Shown piece after piece: positions 49,001 through 61,769 of a stretch of 64,000 nucleotides of DNA; the first letter of the stretch is position 1; every line of letters begins with the position of its first letter. The DNA is from Haliotis cracherodii (taxonomy: Eukaryota). The stretch spans positions 29,636,001 through 29,700,000 of the forward strand of contig NW_027266270.1 of assembly GCF_022045235.1 (NCBI RefSeq), in the 5' to 3' direction. Both the position numbers and the translations under genes were made by a program. A model generated the notes under the pieces. It ran no database searches and was not told where the DNA came from. It saw nothing but the letters and a program-made list of their open reading frames with translations.

Positions 49001-49499
49001 ACATCGCCATTTCTATGCAGGGAGCTATGCAGGCAACGTGGTACATCAAAACTGGCCTCTTGATGAAATTAAACGTCAGGTTGAGGAATCAAGGAAGCGA
49101 CGTGACAAGCTAAGCCTTGGTGACGTGTTCTTCAGCGCCAAGTACTTCCGGGACAACAGCAAGGGTTTGTCCACCTTGTTCCAGAAAGACCTCTACACTG
49201 TTCCAGCTCTCGCGCCTGCTATGCCATGGCTTGGCGTCACTCCACCCCCAGCGCCCTCTGGAGTCAAGGTTTCTGGCAGCACCTTGACGTGGAACAAGGA
49301 CAGTTCCGGGGTGACGAGGAGCTGGGCTGTCTACAAGGACGAGGCAGACGCATGGGAGTTGAAGAAGATCCTAAACAAGGATACAACCAGTTGGTCAGTG
49401 CCCAGTGGCCGCTACGCCATTACAGCGGTGGACAGACTGTCCAATCAGAGTGACGGGGTGGTCATGGAGGTGCAAGGGAGAGGCAGTATCATTGGCTGA
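46046..49499 (+). CDS. Secreted glycoside hydrolase-like family 10 protein (GHL10/DUF187, YngK/YddW(DigH)-like), 496 aa: exons 46046-46112, 47538-47719, 48258-49499
   Basis: Exon 1 encodes a signal-peptide-like MKTLLESITLVCILCGVQYTRA followed by a GTAAGT donor (phase 1). Motifs include REFRAVWVATV..IDWP, FNAIVFQ|IR, AH.R.MEVH.W.NPYR, YDIDGVHMDDYFYPYP, SPFGIW and WVDYFTPQLYW. C-terminal FN3-like beta domain. Both introns are GT-AG and frame-consistent. Confidence 0.88.
46547..46735 (+). mobile_element. SINE family 2 (V-domain-like), 5'-partial, in GH intron 1
   Basis: GAGGCGACTAACGGGATCGGGTGGTCAGGCTCGC...AGCTGGAATATTGCTGAGTGCGGC...AAACAACAAAC, repeated several times in this window. Confidence 0.8.
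46760..47200 (-). mobile_element. Decayed Tc1-like transposase remnant in GH intron 1
   Basis: RLQRLRLARQ...LFPSESSFQL...DA...RRGQ resembles the Tc1 VLFSDESRF..DGR..RR.GE motif; frameshifted. Confidence 0.5.
47874..48090 (+). mobile_element. tRNA-derived SINE (family 3-like) in GH intron 2
   Basis: TGGCCCAGCGATCTAAGGCG A-box region and GGTTTGAATC B-box variant. Confidence 0.5.
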
Positions 49500-49618
49500 A
49501 AATGTTGAACCTAGCAAATACATTGTTTGTAAATGTAATCGATAACTGATAATAATCATCATCGGGGTTATAGTCCTAATAACAATGACAATATGCTTGT
49601 GTATAATTTAAGTCAAGT

Positions 49619-49845
49619 AGTTTGTTGTTTAACGCTAATAATCCAGCTAGATGATGGCGGTCTGTACATATTCGAAACTAGCACAGGCAATCCAGTGATT
49701 GACATTATGAGCATCGATCTGGGCAGTTGGGATACGATGACATGCATCAACCAAGTCAGCGAGCCCGACCACCCCCATCCCGTTAGTCGCCTCTTACTAC
49801 TTGAATGGGTTGCTGAAGATCAGTTCTAAACAGGATCTTCACAGG
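49619..49845 (-). mobile_element. SINE family 2
   Basis: Homologous to 60480-60752. Confidence 0.75.
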
Positions 49846-51371
49846 TAATGAAATGGGGACATACATACCTCACTAGTCTGTCATACAGACCCTGAAACAA
49901 GTACATCCAATACAGCCCTGAGTCTAGATTACCACGGTATCAGGAAATGTCTCTGGGCTCATTTTTATTATATTTATCTGTAAAATATGTTCATTTCAGA
50001 GACTAAATGTTAGTCTAAAGTCAAATGTCTACTCCTTGTGTGATTTTTGTGCGAACCCAACCGTTACCTGAAACAAAAGCAATGTGTAGATGCCGCAAGA
50101 CTCCCGCATATGTTGCACGGGAAATATTACCGTAGTGTGATTTAACCTGAGCGCTTATTCGTCAGAGCAAACGCTGGTGTCCCTATACCTGGATGACGAG
50201 TGTGGCTTGATTCGTACATAAAGCTGACATTCCGTGACGTAACTGGAATACTGTTCACAGCGGTGTTAACCCAACTCACTCACCGTGATCAAGTATAGAC
50301 ATGTCATGAGGAGATAAATAACGGTTCGCAACCTGGCGTCCATAGGAATAATTCACATCTGGGTAGTTGTTGCATCAGCGTGCTAGGAAGATAACGGTAT
50401 AGTGAATGAGTGAGTAAGGTTTTATGCCGCTTTAAGCAATGTTCCAGTTGGTTCACAATTGGGGACACGACACGTGTTTCATACATTCACTGGTGTTTAT
50501 TACGAATCGTCATGAATGAGTGGAACGCTGGTCCTCGGGGCAACGAGCAAACGCTTTAATGGCTGTCCTAACCTTCTTTCTGAGCTAGTTTTTGTTCAAG
50601 AAGCACATTTTTAGACAGTTATGGCAACATTTCTATGATTGTTATCGGAAATGTTCATTCGAATGACAAGAAACATATGTTTTCTTTCCTTTACGAGCAG
50701 AGTTTGGACTTATAGCACGATCACTGACAGAAAAGTGAAAATGGAAATTTTACAAATTTAGAGAAAATGTAATTGGGAGCAAGTATAATCGCACTTTATT
50801 AAGCTACATCTCCTGAGAAAGTGGGAGGAAAAGCCAAATAAACGCAGGTTTCCTTCGTTTACTACGTTTGTGAAACCCACGCGCACAGGTATAGTGCTGA
50901 CTGACCGAGGAAAGAACGAGTCTATGACATGCGGATCCTGGAACGGTTAAGGGGTGTAACCAATCTCAGTGATGATAGCCACTTAGACACGTAAAATGGC
51001 CCTAAGTCATAACGCTGTCATTATTTTTCATCGTTTGTTTGTGTTTCTTGTAATTTGCTTTTTTGCTGTTTATATTTATGAGCGGTTTTCTGTTGTTGTT
51101 TCCGAAAAATTATGAACCATTAATATTATATTATTATGTCATGTATTGTTTTTCTCGATTGGGAATAATATACTTATACAAGATATAAATTAACTCAATT
51201 GAGTAGATCGATGCTCATGATATCACTGGTTTGTCCGGTCCAGACTTGATTATTGCTGAGTGCAGCATTAAACAACAAACAAACAACTTAAATTAACCAA
51301 GAAGATTCGGATGTGTTACCCTTTAGAATAAAATTATCCATTGGCACCTCTTAAAGTCTTAAACAAATAAA

Positions 51372-51536
51372 GAGGCGGTCGGGTAGCCTAGTGGTTAAAG
51401 CGTTCGCTCGTCACGCCGAAGACCCGGGTTCGATTCCCGACATGTGTACAATGTGTGAAACCCATTTCTGGTGTCCCCCGTCGTGATATTGCTGGAATAT
51501 TGCTAAAAGCGGCCTAAAACCATACTCACTCACTCA
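51372..51536 (+). mobile_element. tRNA-derived SINE family 1, complete, with TSD
   Basis: A box TAGCCTAGTGG, B box GGTTCGATTCC, (CACT)n tail; 14-bp TSD CTTAAACAAATAAA (51358-51371 and 51537-51550). Confidence 0.9.
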
Positions 51537-51971
51537 CTTAAACAAATAAAACGATAGACACCAACCCGCTTCCACTCCCTTCCCTTCGACATCTAACGCG
51601 AACATATAAATTAATATGCATAAACAATTTCCCGTCATTTTATATACGCTTTATAATTATCAAATGCGCATGGTAATTTCTAAGCTCATGTTTCAAATAA
51701 GGAAGCTGAAAGTAGAAACGTAATATTGGACCCGCGATAAGTGGTATGCGAGCAGCAGCAAGAAAGATGCATGGCGGATATACCTGTATACACCAGGAAA
51801 ACATGGAAACACCACCACTTCTCAATTCATTATATGGACTTGCTATGTATACTTTCTCTTTGACTACATGTAGCATTGACATCCTTTTGATAAATATCTA
51901 AGATACCAGTAATATCTGGTGAAATGTTAGTGTACAGACATAATACGGTTCGCCAAATGGACACTAGTACC

Positions 51972-52141
51972 GAGTGAGTGTGAGTGAGAATGGTTTTACG
52001 CCGTTTTTAGCAATATTCCAGCAATATCACGGCGGGGGACACCAGAAATGGGCCTCACACATTGTACCAATGTCGCGAATCGAACCCGGGTCTTCGGCGT
52101 GACGAGCGAACGCTTTAATCACCTGGCTACCCGACCGCTCC
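51972..52141 (-). mobile_element. tRNA-derived SINE family 1
   Basis: Reverse-complement match to 51372-51536. Confidence 0.85.
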
Positions 52142-52270
52142 TCCCAAGCATTGAGTCTTATCACATGATGGTGAGAAGCAGTGGGAAAACATATTGGAGT
52201 CGTCAAGTAGCTGTTACCACAGGACTGTTACAAAACATGCCATTACATAATTCAGTTCGATTTCTGTAGT

Positions 52271-54472
52271 CTTGTTCGTTTGTTTGTTGTTTAACGCCGC
52301 ACTCAGCAATATTCCAGCTATATGAAAACGGTGTGTAAATAATCGAGTCTGGACCAGACAGTCCAGTGATTGACATCATGAGCATCGATCCACGCAATCA
52401 GGATACGATGACATGCATCAACCAAGTCAGCGAGCTTGACCCCCCGATCCCGTTAGTCGCCTCTTACGACGAGCATAGTCGCCTTTTACGACATGGTATT
52501 AGTCGCCTTTTACGACATGGTATTAGTCGCCTTTTACGACATGGTATTAGTCGCTTTTCACGACATGGTATTAGTCGCCTTTTACGACATGGTATTAGTC
52601 GCTTTTACGACATGGTATTAGTCGCCTTTTACGACATGGTATTAGTCGCATTTTACGACATAGTATTAGTCGCCAATTACGACATGGTATTAGACGCCTT
52701 TTGCGACTTTGTATAAGTCGCCTTTTACGACATGGTATTAGTCGCCTTTTCCGACATGGTATTAGTATAATCAAGGTTTTGTCCCGGGTTTGGGAACTTG
52801 ATTATACCTTAATAAGAAGAAGAGGAACGATTACAGTCAAGCAGTTTAATGTCAGTGGTGTTGTGTTATATAATACAGAATACAAAGACATAATAGCAAT
52901 ACATGGTACATAGAATGATAATAGTATGAATACATGAAACCTATAGAATAATAATAGAACGATCGAATAAGCAACGGTTATAATACTTGAGGGGGAAAGC
53001 TGGAACGGTAGGGGATATAGCTATAGGTAGAGCTAAGCACACTTTCATGTCTAGAGAGAGCATTACATCATGACACCAACATTATGACCTGTGACTGCAT
53101 TTGTAAGTAACGTCACTATAGATACGCTTGGCTTATTACGTCCGAAGTGAGACGCGCTATTTACTAAATGTAGATAGACATATACGCCATAAACGATAAT
53201 AACAATAACCTCAAACCAAGTATAATAAAACATGTAGATGTAGGATATGAACGATTTTGATAATCAGAATAGTATCATTTGCATGGAGTTGACTTATCAC
53301 GATGTTAGATTTGATTCCTAAGTTCATCAATGCTTTGTCATCGTTTGTATCAAAATATGATAAAGTAACAGTTTCTGTAACGGCCGAACATTAGATATAC
53401 AGACTAACTGTCTGTGTCTTTATCGTTCAACATACCGCCCAACATACGTTACTTTCATGACATTTATTTGATACATATTGCTGTCTGATACCGTGTATAT
53501 TCGGATATTGATAATGGAAACTCATATTCAATTAATAGGGAATTACTGCTCATTTACGGACACATGTGGTGCTAAACACATTTCATAAAACATACAAAGT
53601 ATAGTAAACATCTCTTCATAGTACATACAAGTTCTGGTAAACAAATATCTCAAACACGTACGTTATTGTGTTTGATCTTTCATACGTACATAGGTAATAA
53701 TGAACGCTTCATTATTAAAACATACAAGGAACACGTGCACATGCACAGTGCAAATATGTCTCCACAATCTTACATTAGCTTGTTAGAGTTAACCATCTAT
53801 AGAAACACAGACTATCTAGAATATATCACACACATATATATAATATAGGACCAAATGTATCAAATAATAAAATGTTTCTTACCTTAATAAGAAGAAGAGG
53901 AACGATTACAGTCAAGCAGTTTACTGTCAGTGGTGTTGTGTACTGACCAGTGAAGATGCTTGACTTTTATAGTAATCGCCTCGTACATTTTGACTTTGAG
54001 TGATTCCCTAGTCAATGAATTGTGCATTGTCTTCATCTAGTTCTTGACCGACGGACGATACGTCACGAGGTAGTGATGCTGTATTATTACATAATAATAA
54101 CTTCTACGACGGCGCGACTACGGCCTCTGTACGATAGAATTCACTCAGCGCGATGGGTTTGATGGATACGTCCATCTTACATCACTGTAGCCTGCTATGT
54201 AGCTGTCAGTGTTCAGTGTGACACGTGAACGTCTACAAGATTTAATTGCTTGTTGGTATGTTGTAGGTAATGAAACCTTTATGAATATTTTAATTCAATT
54301 TATATTTAGCTAATAATTATATCAGAAAACGTTAATATTTACGTAACATATTGGAACAATATTGAGTGTATTTTACACTGGTATATTAGTCGCATTTTAC
54401 GACATGGTATTAGTCGCATTTTACGGCGATTATGGGTTGCTGAAGACCGATTCTTACTCGGATCTTCATGGG
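52271..54472 (-). mobile_element. SINE family 2 copy split by a minisatellite expansion and a ~1.6-kb insertion
   Basis: 3' part at 52271-~52490 and 5' part at ~54385-54472 (TGGGTTGCTGAAGACC...GGATCTTCATGGGT). Confidence 0.7.
52477..52764. repeat. 24-bp minisatellite (TAGTCGCCTTTTACGACATGGTAT), ~12 copies
   Basis: Directly visible tandem repeats; two more partial units at ~54387-54425. Confidence 0.95.
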
Positions 54473-54589
54473 TAATAGTTCATCAGTAATATATATCATG
54501 TAACATTACAAATTCAATAATTAGAAATTGCATTAAAGAGAACAAACATAAAAAGACCACAAACATTCCATTCCAGAATACCTTGGAGT

Positions 54590-54858
54590 GAATGAGTTGG
54601 GTTTAACGCCAATTTTTAAAGTGTTCGGGTTATATCACGGCGTGTCACCTTAATGTTGGAGGAAGACCCGAAGTGGTGCGGGGTTCAGACGTTTACCACT
54701 TTCATGAAACCCACTAGCATGGGTATGGTGCTGACAAATCTAGAATTATAATGGGGGCAAACCTGGATTGGAACTCACCATCATAGGTTCCTGGTGTGAC
54801 CAAGGGACGCAACTCTGTACAGCGAATTGCGGCGCCTTAGACGACTGGGCCACCCGTG
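54590..54858 (-). mobile_element. tRNA-derived SINE family 3
   Basis: Reverse-strand GGTGGCCCAGTCGTCTAAGGCG A-box region and GAGTTCCAATCC B box; matches 43520-43735. Confidence 0.7.
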
Positions 54859-55328
54859 CCACCAGATGACCCTGGAACATGTCATAGATAAAAAGAGTAT
54901 TCATCTTGGATATTGAATAGATACCATGTTTATACACTTAGAAGACTAACATCCTTTGATAAAGTCAACAATTAAAAAAGAAAGGATGGAGATTTTGTCG
55001 GCCCCCCTGTCAAACGTTTTCAGAAGATACCTTGCTGAGAGCAGCTTTTATTCACGAGTACCTTAAACAGACTGTATTTTATTTTCAACTCAAACGTGTT
55101 TGTCATTAATAAGATAAAAATAATCGCCGACAGATTATTTTCCAAATCGTTTCATGTTTTTAATCAAGGTGCTCAAGTCATTTGATGTACTTCGCGAGGC
55201 AAGACCCGTTCTATAACAATATAGATCTTGATTATCGATCAGATCGTCTTGACAAGGCGCCGTCCTATTGTTAAAAACAAATGCCAGTAATATGACAGGT
55301 GGAACCTGATTGGTCAACAGGAGCGACA

Positions 55329-56250
55329 TACGAGGGGATATCAAAAAGTTTTGAGCCTCACACAGAAAAAGTAAAAGAATTGGATTGTTACTACTTTATT
55401 TTTCAACATAGTCCCCTCCCAACTCCACACACTTGTTCCACCTAGTTTGCCAGTCACTGATGCCCGATCGGTAGAAGTCAACATTCTGGTCCCCTAACCA
55501 ACCCTCCACAGCAGCAGTTAGCTCATCGTCATCTTCAAATCTCCGGCCCGGGAGGTGTTTTTTCAGCCTGGGAAAGAGGTGGAAGTCACTGGGGGCTAGC
55601 ACTGGAGAATAGGATGGGTAAGGGAGGAGTTCGTAGCCACAGTCTTGCACAGCTGTCATTGCAACAAGGCTCGTGTGGACTGGTGTGTTGTCCTGGTGAA
55701 GCAGAATCCCATGACGGATTTTTCCACGGCGTTTCACCTTGATGGATTGGCGCACCTGCTTCAATAACTTGGCGTAATACTCCCCATTCATTGTGGTGCC
55801 ATGGGGCAGGTAGTCGATGTGAATTACTCCTTTGCTGTCCCAGAAGATGGTCATCAAAACCTTCTTGGTGGATCGGGTGGCTTTGAACTTCTTTGTCTTT
55901 GGAGAAGTGGCGTGTTTTCATTCCATTGACTCCTGTTTGCTCTCCGGATCATAATGATAAACCCAGGTTTCACTGGTTACAATCCTAAAATGAAAATCAT
56001 CGAGTTAGCAAGGCTCCACTGATGGTGACCGTTGATAGCTTCATGCCATCTGTAAGCATTCTCGGGACCCATCTGGCACACACTTTGGACATGTGGAGTT
56101 TGCCATGAATCATATTATGTATGGATCCATATGATAGGCCTGTTGTTTCTTCTACCTCATGGAGAGTAATACGGCGGTTTTCCATCAATAGTTCGTGTAC
56201 AGTGTCAATGTTTTCAGGGCTGGTACTGGTTGATGGCCGTCCGGGCCATG
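55329..56250 (-). mobile_element. Mariner DNA transposon, defective and 5'-truncated
   Basis: TA plus CGAGGGGATATCAAAAAGTT terminal repeat. Transposase motifs WVPRML, HQDNTPVH and YSPVLAPSDFHLF spread over frameshifted ORFs (55396-55857, 55997-56278). Confidence 0.9.
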
Positions 56251-58395
56251 GTGAGGTGAGGTTGACGAGAAAAAACATGATTTGATTACCAAACAGGCTA
56301 AAAGACGAATTTATTTAATATAACAAACTGTTACTGTTACAAAAAACGAAAACGAAATGTTCATGACTGGGTGACTTTGAATGGGCGGAGATTAATGTAG
56401 ATGGCAGTGACTGCGAACTATTTTGTACTGTCTGTCGTATGTACCCTCAACTTAAAGGTTAATTACAGGAAATGGTAATAATAACTGAGAACATAAGGCT
56501 GTATAAAATATAAAAGGGCCAGTGAAAATATTGCAGGATGGGTACAAAATAATATCTGCTTGCCCTGCAGGACAAGTTCGGTTAAAGTATTTTTTTCGAT
56601 CCCTGCTATCAAAACAAATCAATCAACCAAGCGGACCGCCCGATCCATTTAGCCAACCCTTACGACAAGCGCGGGTTGCTGGGGACATGCATTCTGACCC
56701 GGAATGTCCACGGGTCGGGTCGGCTTCAGAAACAGATGACATGAGTGGTAATAATATATGTGCGTGGCATAATGGACTACATTTACCGAACTAATGACCC
56801 AATGTAGAATAGAAGTGACAGACGCGAGGGGAGGGTGGTGAGAGAGCGACTGGGCACAAGTGAACGAGGGTTGAACATCAGTGAGGAAGGCAGACATAAA
56901 TAAACACAACGCAAATATACCCAACTGGATCAGTGTCTGTCTGCTTAACATAATTCGTGGCTACTCACCAAACAAGGAAATAGGGCTTAAGTTCTTAGGC
57001 AGGGTCACCCCGCTATAAATAACAGTCACAAGACGAATTACGTTTGTGACATATGTCCTCATTGTCGTGTGCACATATGACGTAGATGGCCGTGTGCAGA
57101 ACCGGCCATTGGATCTGAGGTAACGTTTTCAATACGTTTCCCCCTGAATGAGCGAAGCGTGGCGTGTGCATGAAGTGGAGTGCAAGGCTGTATTTGTACC
57201 GTGTGCAGCAACTACAGCACGAACGAATGGCATAAAACCGCGTTTGCTCTCTCACTTACACAATATGGAGTAATTAAGTGGTAAATAGCTAAGTAGGCAC
57301 CTTGAAGGACTAAATATCTAATAATCTCTTTAAGTGTGGTTTTACTTTATTTTATTGTGTGTGGGTTTTTTTATGTATTATGTCACAATGCTATTGGGGT
57401 AGATTACACACGGTAATACCAAATAAGATGGTCAGTGTATGGTGTACACTCGTGAATAAAAATAATACAACCTGGATCGAAATATAAGGGAGTTTATATC
57501 AGATTCGCTGGAAAAAAAAGTACCCACCCTATGGTCTTTGTCGTCTTGCAAGTTCTCGTATATAGGCAACAAACAAACTACACATAAATCCCAAATATCA
57601 GAAGGCCTTCAATGATTCAGCTTGAGTTACAAAATGTAATTAAAAGCTGGGTTAAGGATTTTGTATTCGTCATGATCACATCTTTGAAAATAGACAGGCA
57701 TGTTGACTGGAACTCCCTAAAAATATATTATGTAAAATACGCTTTTTACCCTCCACCCTTGGTTGTTCTGAATGCAAAAAATCAACAACTGCAAACACAG
57801 ATTTGATTTTATCACTGCAAGCTGACTTTATTTTATTACTATTTTGGAACACTGTTTCAAATGACATTTTTTGTGGCATTTTGTTTGTTATATTGATTTG
57901 ATTATTTAAGACACTATTTACAATGTAGTTTGATACAGACTGCTCCATCCAGTCCATCACGAATGTAGCCTGAGGTTTTATTTTGCATCCAAGCTGCGGA
58001 AACCTTATCCCCTCAATGGTTCATCGCTTATTGCGTCAACTATGCCCCATGTGTCACTTCTGCGGGCCATAGATCTCCCCGTTAGATAAAAGTGCGCCAC
58101 TAGTAAATTAATCAGGATTCCAGATAAAAAAAACGGTTTTATATAACAAGATGGCGGTCGCCACGAAACTGCTATATTTTGTATGTCAATCTGGAATCTA
58201 TATTTAAAGTCCTTTTTTCGATGTAAACATGCGTATTTGGAGATAATTCAGTCAGTAAAGGGGGAGGGGGGAGGGGGGGATATCGATTTGAAAAAAGCGA
58301 TATTATTTGTAGAAGTCGATGACAGAACCTTGTCTACTAATAATAAATGATTAATAAATTATAAACAGAAAGGGGGGAAAAGGAAGAGTCCCTAT

Positions 58396-58670
58396 GTTTG
58401 TTTGTTTGTTTGTTTGTTTATTGATTGACGTTGTACTCAGCAATATTCCAGCGATATGACGGCGGTCAGGAAATAATCGATTCTAGAGCAGACAATCCAG
58501 TGATTGATATCATGAGCATCGATCCACGCAATTGGGATCGATGACATGCATCAACCAAGTCAGCGAGCCTAACCATCCGATTCCTTGGTCGCCTCTTACG
58601 ACAAGCATAGTCGCCTTTTACGGCAAGCATGGGTTGCTGAAGTCTTCTTCAACCCCGGATCTTCACGGGT
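58396..58670 (-). mobile_element. SINE family 2
   Basis: Full-length match including the (AAAC)n tail and GACCCGTGAAGATCC head. Confidence 0.85.
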
Positions 58671-58975
58671 CGAGACCCGAAATGAGGGGATACAACGCAT
58701 CTTATGTTATATCTACGGCCGAAAAACATCATAACCAAGCATATGTACATTTAACAAGTACTGACAATGAAACTACGACTTCTGTTTTAACTGTAAAGAT
58801 GCATTCACAAAACCTAATCGCCAAATAAAAAATGCATACGTTTGTAATTTGTAGCGACCAGAACTGGGATAAACAGTCCACAATTTCGCAAAGTCCCATT
58901 TACTGCGGTAATGCTTTCGATTAGCTCTAAAACACATGGCGATATATATGCGGAATATGATTTAGTTTATATATT

Positions 58976-59006
<31 letters not shown>

Positions 59007-60479
59007 CCGTACTGAATATGATCTCCTGTATATTTCCATGTCCCATTCCAAATAAATAACGCACATTAAATTCTTCACTATAACCTGGAAACATCTTCAG
59101 TTATTATTATCATTTTGTTATTTTGTACTTGACAAATATTCACACTCCTTTCTGTGCGGCAATTCACATTTATGCACAAATGTCACAGTGTCTGTGCGAT
59201 ATTTCTTTTAACAAATTATTTTATAATTAGATCAATAATTGAAATCAAGGATGTGTTTCTACATCACATTGTGGTCACAATAGTGTATAGAATGTAATGG
59301 AATCGGCCATATTACAAAAGTAAAAGCGGTAACTCGAGGGGTTTCTGAAATATTTCGGATTGTGGCCGTTAAATAAAAGAGCCTCCACACATTATGCATT
59401 CCATTTAGATTTTGTTTTGTTTGTAACTGTAAAAAAAAATTCCGTATTCTGTTGTTTGTGGCCCAATTTAACGTGCGGTCTTCTCCAATCCCACGATGTG
59501 AATAGAAATGCAAAACATGTATCCTCATTAATTTATTTAATGTAACTGTGCTGAAGGGAATCCTTGTAATTCACACATGAGTATATGTGAGAAATCATAT
59601 TTATATAATTTCAAAACAATTATTTCACTTGCCTCTGCATTTAGACAAGCTCTTTCCACTTCTTTTAATTAGTTCGATGGGTTAATTGTATATGGTTTGC
59701 CAGAAGATTGAGGCGAAAATTACACAAGATGAAAGTGTTATATAATTCTTCTTTACAAAGTTACGGGGAAGTACACAGGTACATCGGACATAAAATATAT
59801 ATTACTCAGAATGAAACGCGAGGTGTTGTATATCAGACATGTTATGTACATCATTATAAATGAAAGACGCGGGGGAGTATGTATATCGGATATAAACTAT
59901 ACGTCACTCAGAACGATAGATAACGATAGAGGGTTTGTATCGGATGTATTATATTATACATACTTCAGAATGCTGTAGATGCAGACCAATGTAAGCTTTG
60001 AAACATGCTAAGAAGTATCCAAGCTGGATATTGACGATTGTTTCAGAATGGCATTCTACCCACATATACAAGTTAGTGGTAACCTCAAATACCTCCTTAA
60101 CTTAACCCTATCACATATACATGATACAGGTAATGCAAGCTCAGAAGTTTGGTGTGCAAATTTATAATAAATGTATAAATATAAATGTATAACTAACAGA
60201 TATAAGCGGTAAGACGGATATGACTCCTCATGCATGCATGCACCGGTAAACCAGACCTAACAGAAAGGAGTATATAGTTACTCCATAGTGTTTTAGGAAC
60301 CAGGCAGCATCAATTTGAAATAAAGGAAAGATATATTGAAGCAAGTCGAAATAATATATTATTTTATATATCTAGCCTAAAATCACGATGATCCATGGAC
60401 AGTGCATTGTGTATGTCTATGTTGGGCATTGCTTAAAATATACCAACCGCTTCGCTTGTCATGTTAGGCGACAATCGAT

Positions 60480-60752
60480 GGTTTGTTGGTTGTTTAACGC
60501 CGCACTGAGCAATATCCCAGCTATATGACGGCGGTCTGTAAATAATCGAGTCTGGACGAGACAACACGGACAATCCAGTGATAGACATCATGAGCATCGA
60601 TCCATGCATTTGGGATACGATGACATGCATCAACCAAGTCAGTGAGCCAGACCACCCGATCCCGTTAGTTGCCTTTTACGAGAAGCATAGTCGCCTTTTA
60701 GGGCAAGCATGGATTGCTGAAAAGACCTATTCTACCCCGGGTCTTCACGGGC
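60480..60752 (-). mobile_element. SINE family 2
   Basis: Homologous to 58396-58670. Confidence 0.85.
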
Positions 60753-61224
60753 ACCACAATCGATGGACCGGGTGGGCATGCTTGTATAGTGACTTCGTTA
60801 ATTGTGTGTCATGTACCCCGATATAAATACATGTAAATAAACGATTGGTTTAAGTATGAACAACGTCCCACGCCGACATGTACGATGTCTCGCAATCAAC
60901 CAAATAACGAACCTGACTACCCGAGGCTCGTTAGTCGCCTCTCATTATACGATTCTAAGCCGGTCTCCCCATCCGATCATGGGAATATTACCTGCATGGT
61001 CAGCTTTGCTGTTACTGGTTCTTGTAGTAAAATGTTGGTCCAAATGGGCAGAGAGCAAAATAGTGATTGATATTATAAGAAAACATCCAGCACGTCGGAG
61101 GACGTTGAACCTCCGATCCATGAAGTCACCTAGTAAGACAATTAAATTAAGCATGTGTTGCTGGGGACCCCTTCTACACGAAATCAACTGCCTGAGTGGT
61201 CTAGTGGATAGACGTCTGCAGAAG

Positions 61225-61397
61225 GAGTGAGTAAGTGGGTGAATATGTATTTACACTGCTTTTAGCAGCATTCCTGGAGTATCATGGCACGGGACACCAG
61301 AAATAGGGTTTACTCATTGAACACATCATTGGAATCGAACCCGGGCCTTCGACGTGACGAGCGAACGCTTTGACTAATAGGCTAACCAATCGCACCC
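61225..61397 (-). mobile_element. tRNA-derived SINE family 1 (diverged)
   Basis: GGAATCGAACCCGGG B-box complement and GGGACACCAGAAAT core. Confidence 0.75.
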
Positions 61398-61769
61398 CTG
61401 ACAGCGGAAGGTAAAACACACGGAATAAGATAGTACCCGTGCTTGGCGATTGGCATTACGTGGATAAACGTGGATAAACACAGTACATATTCTGTTTTAC
61501 AAAACCCATGTAAGAATCCATGTATTACCTTCACCCTCACTCCTTGTGTAACACACTTACTGGTATAATACTCCCTATAAAAGTACCAATCATGACCTCC
61601 CTCAATATTTGCTAAGTTTGTGGTCCTAATCACTTTCAAAAGCTAAAATTAATTATAAATATTCAACAGTTAATAAATTTTAAAGGTGTTATGCCGCTTC
61701 TGCACGGTTTGATTACAGTAACACAAGGGTAAATATCTAATCAATAATTAATCAAAATCAGCTACAAGT

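Noticed and set aside
48258-49499. Bacterial contamination as the source of the GH ORF
   Set aside because: Frame-consistent spliceosomal introns contain host SINEs, and the gene is continuous with host repeat-rich DNA.
51372-51445. tRNA-like sequence with A and B boxes
   Set aside because: It is the head of a multi-copy SINE with a tail and TSD, not a stand-alone tRNA gene.
52477-52764. 24-bp repeats with partial dyad symmetry, superficially CRISPR-like
   Set aside because: There are no unique spacers and no cas genes, the context is eukaryotic, and the unit derives from a SINE internal motif.
58975-59006. Long T and G homopolymers (also the G run at ~11622-11650)
   Set aside because: Simple low-complexity tracts with no supporting structure; their lengths are unreliable.
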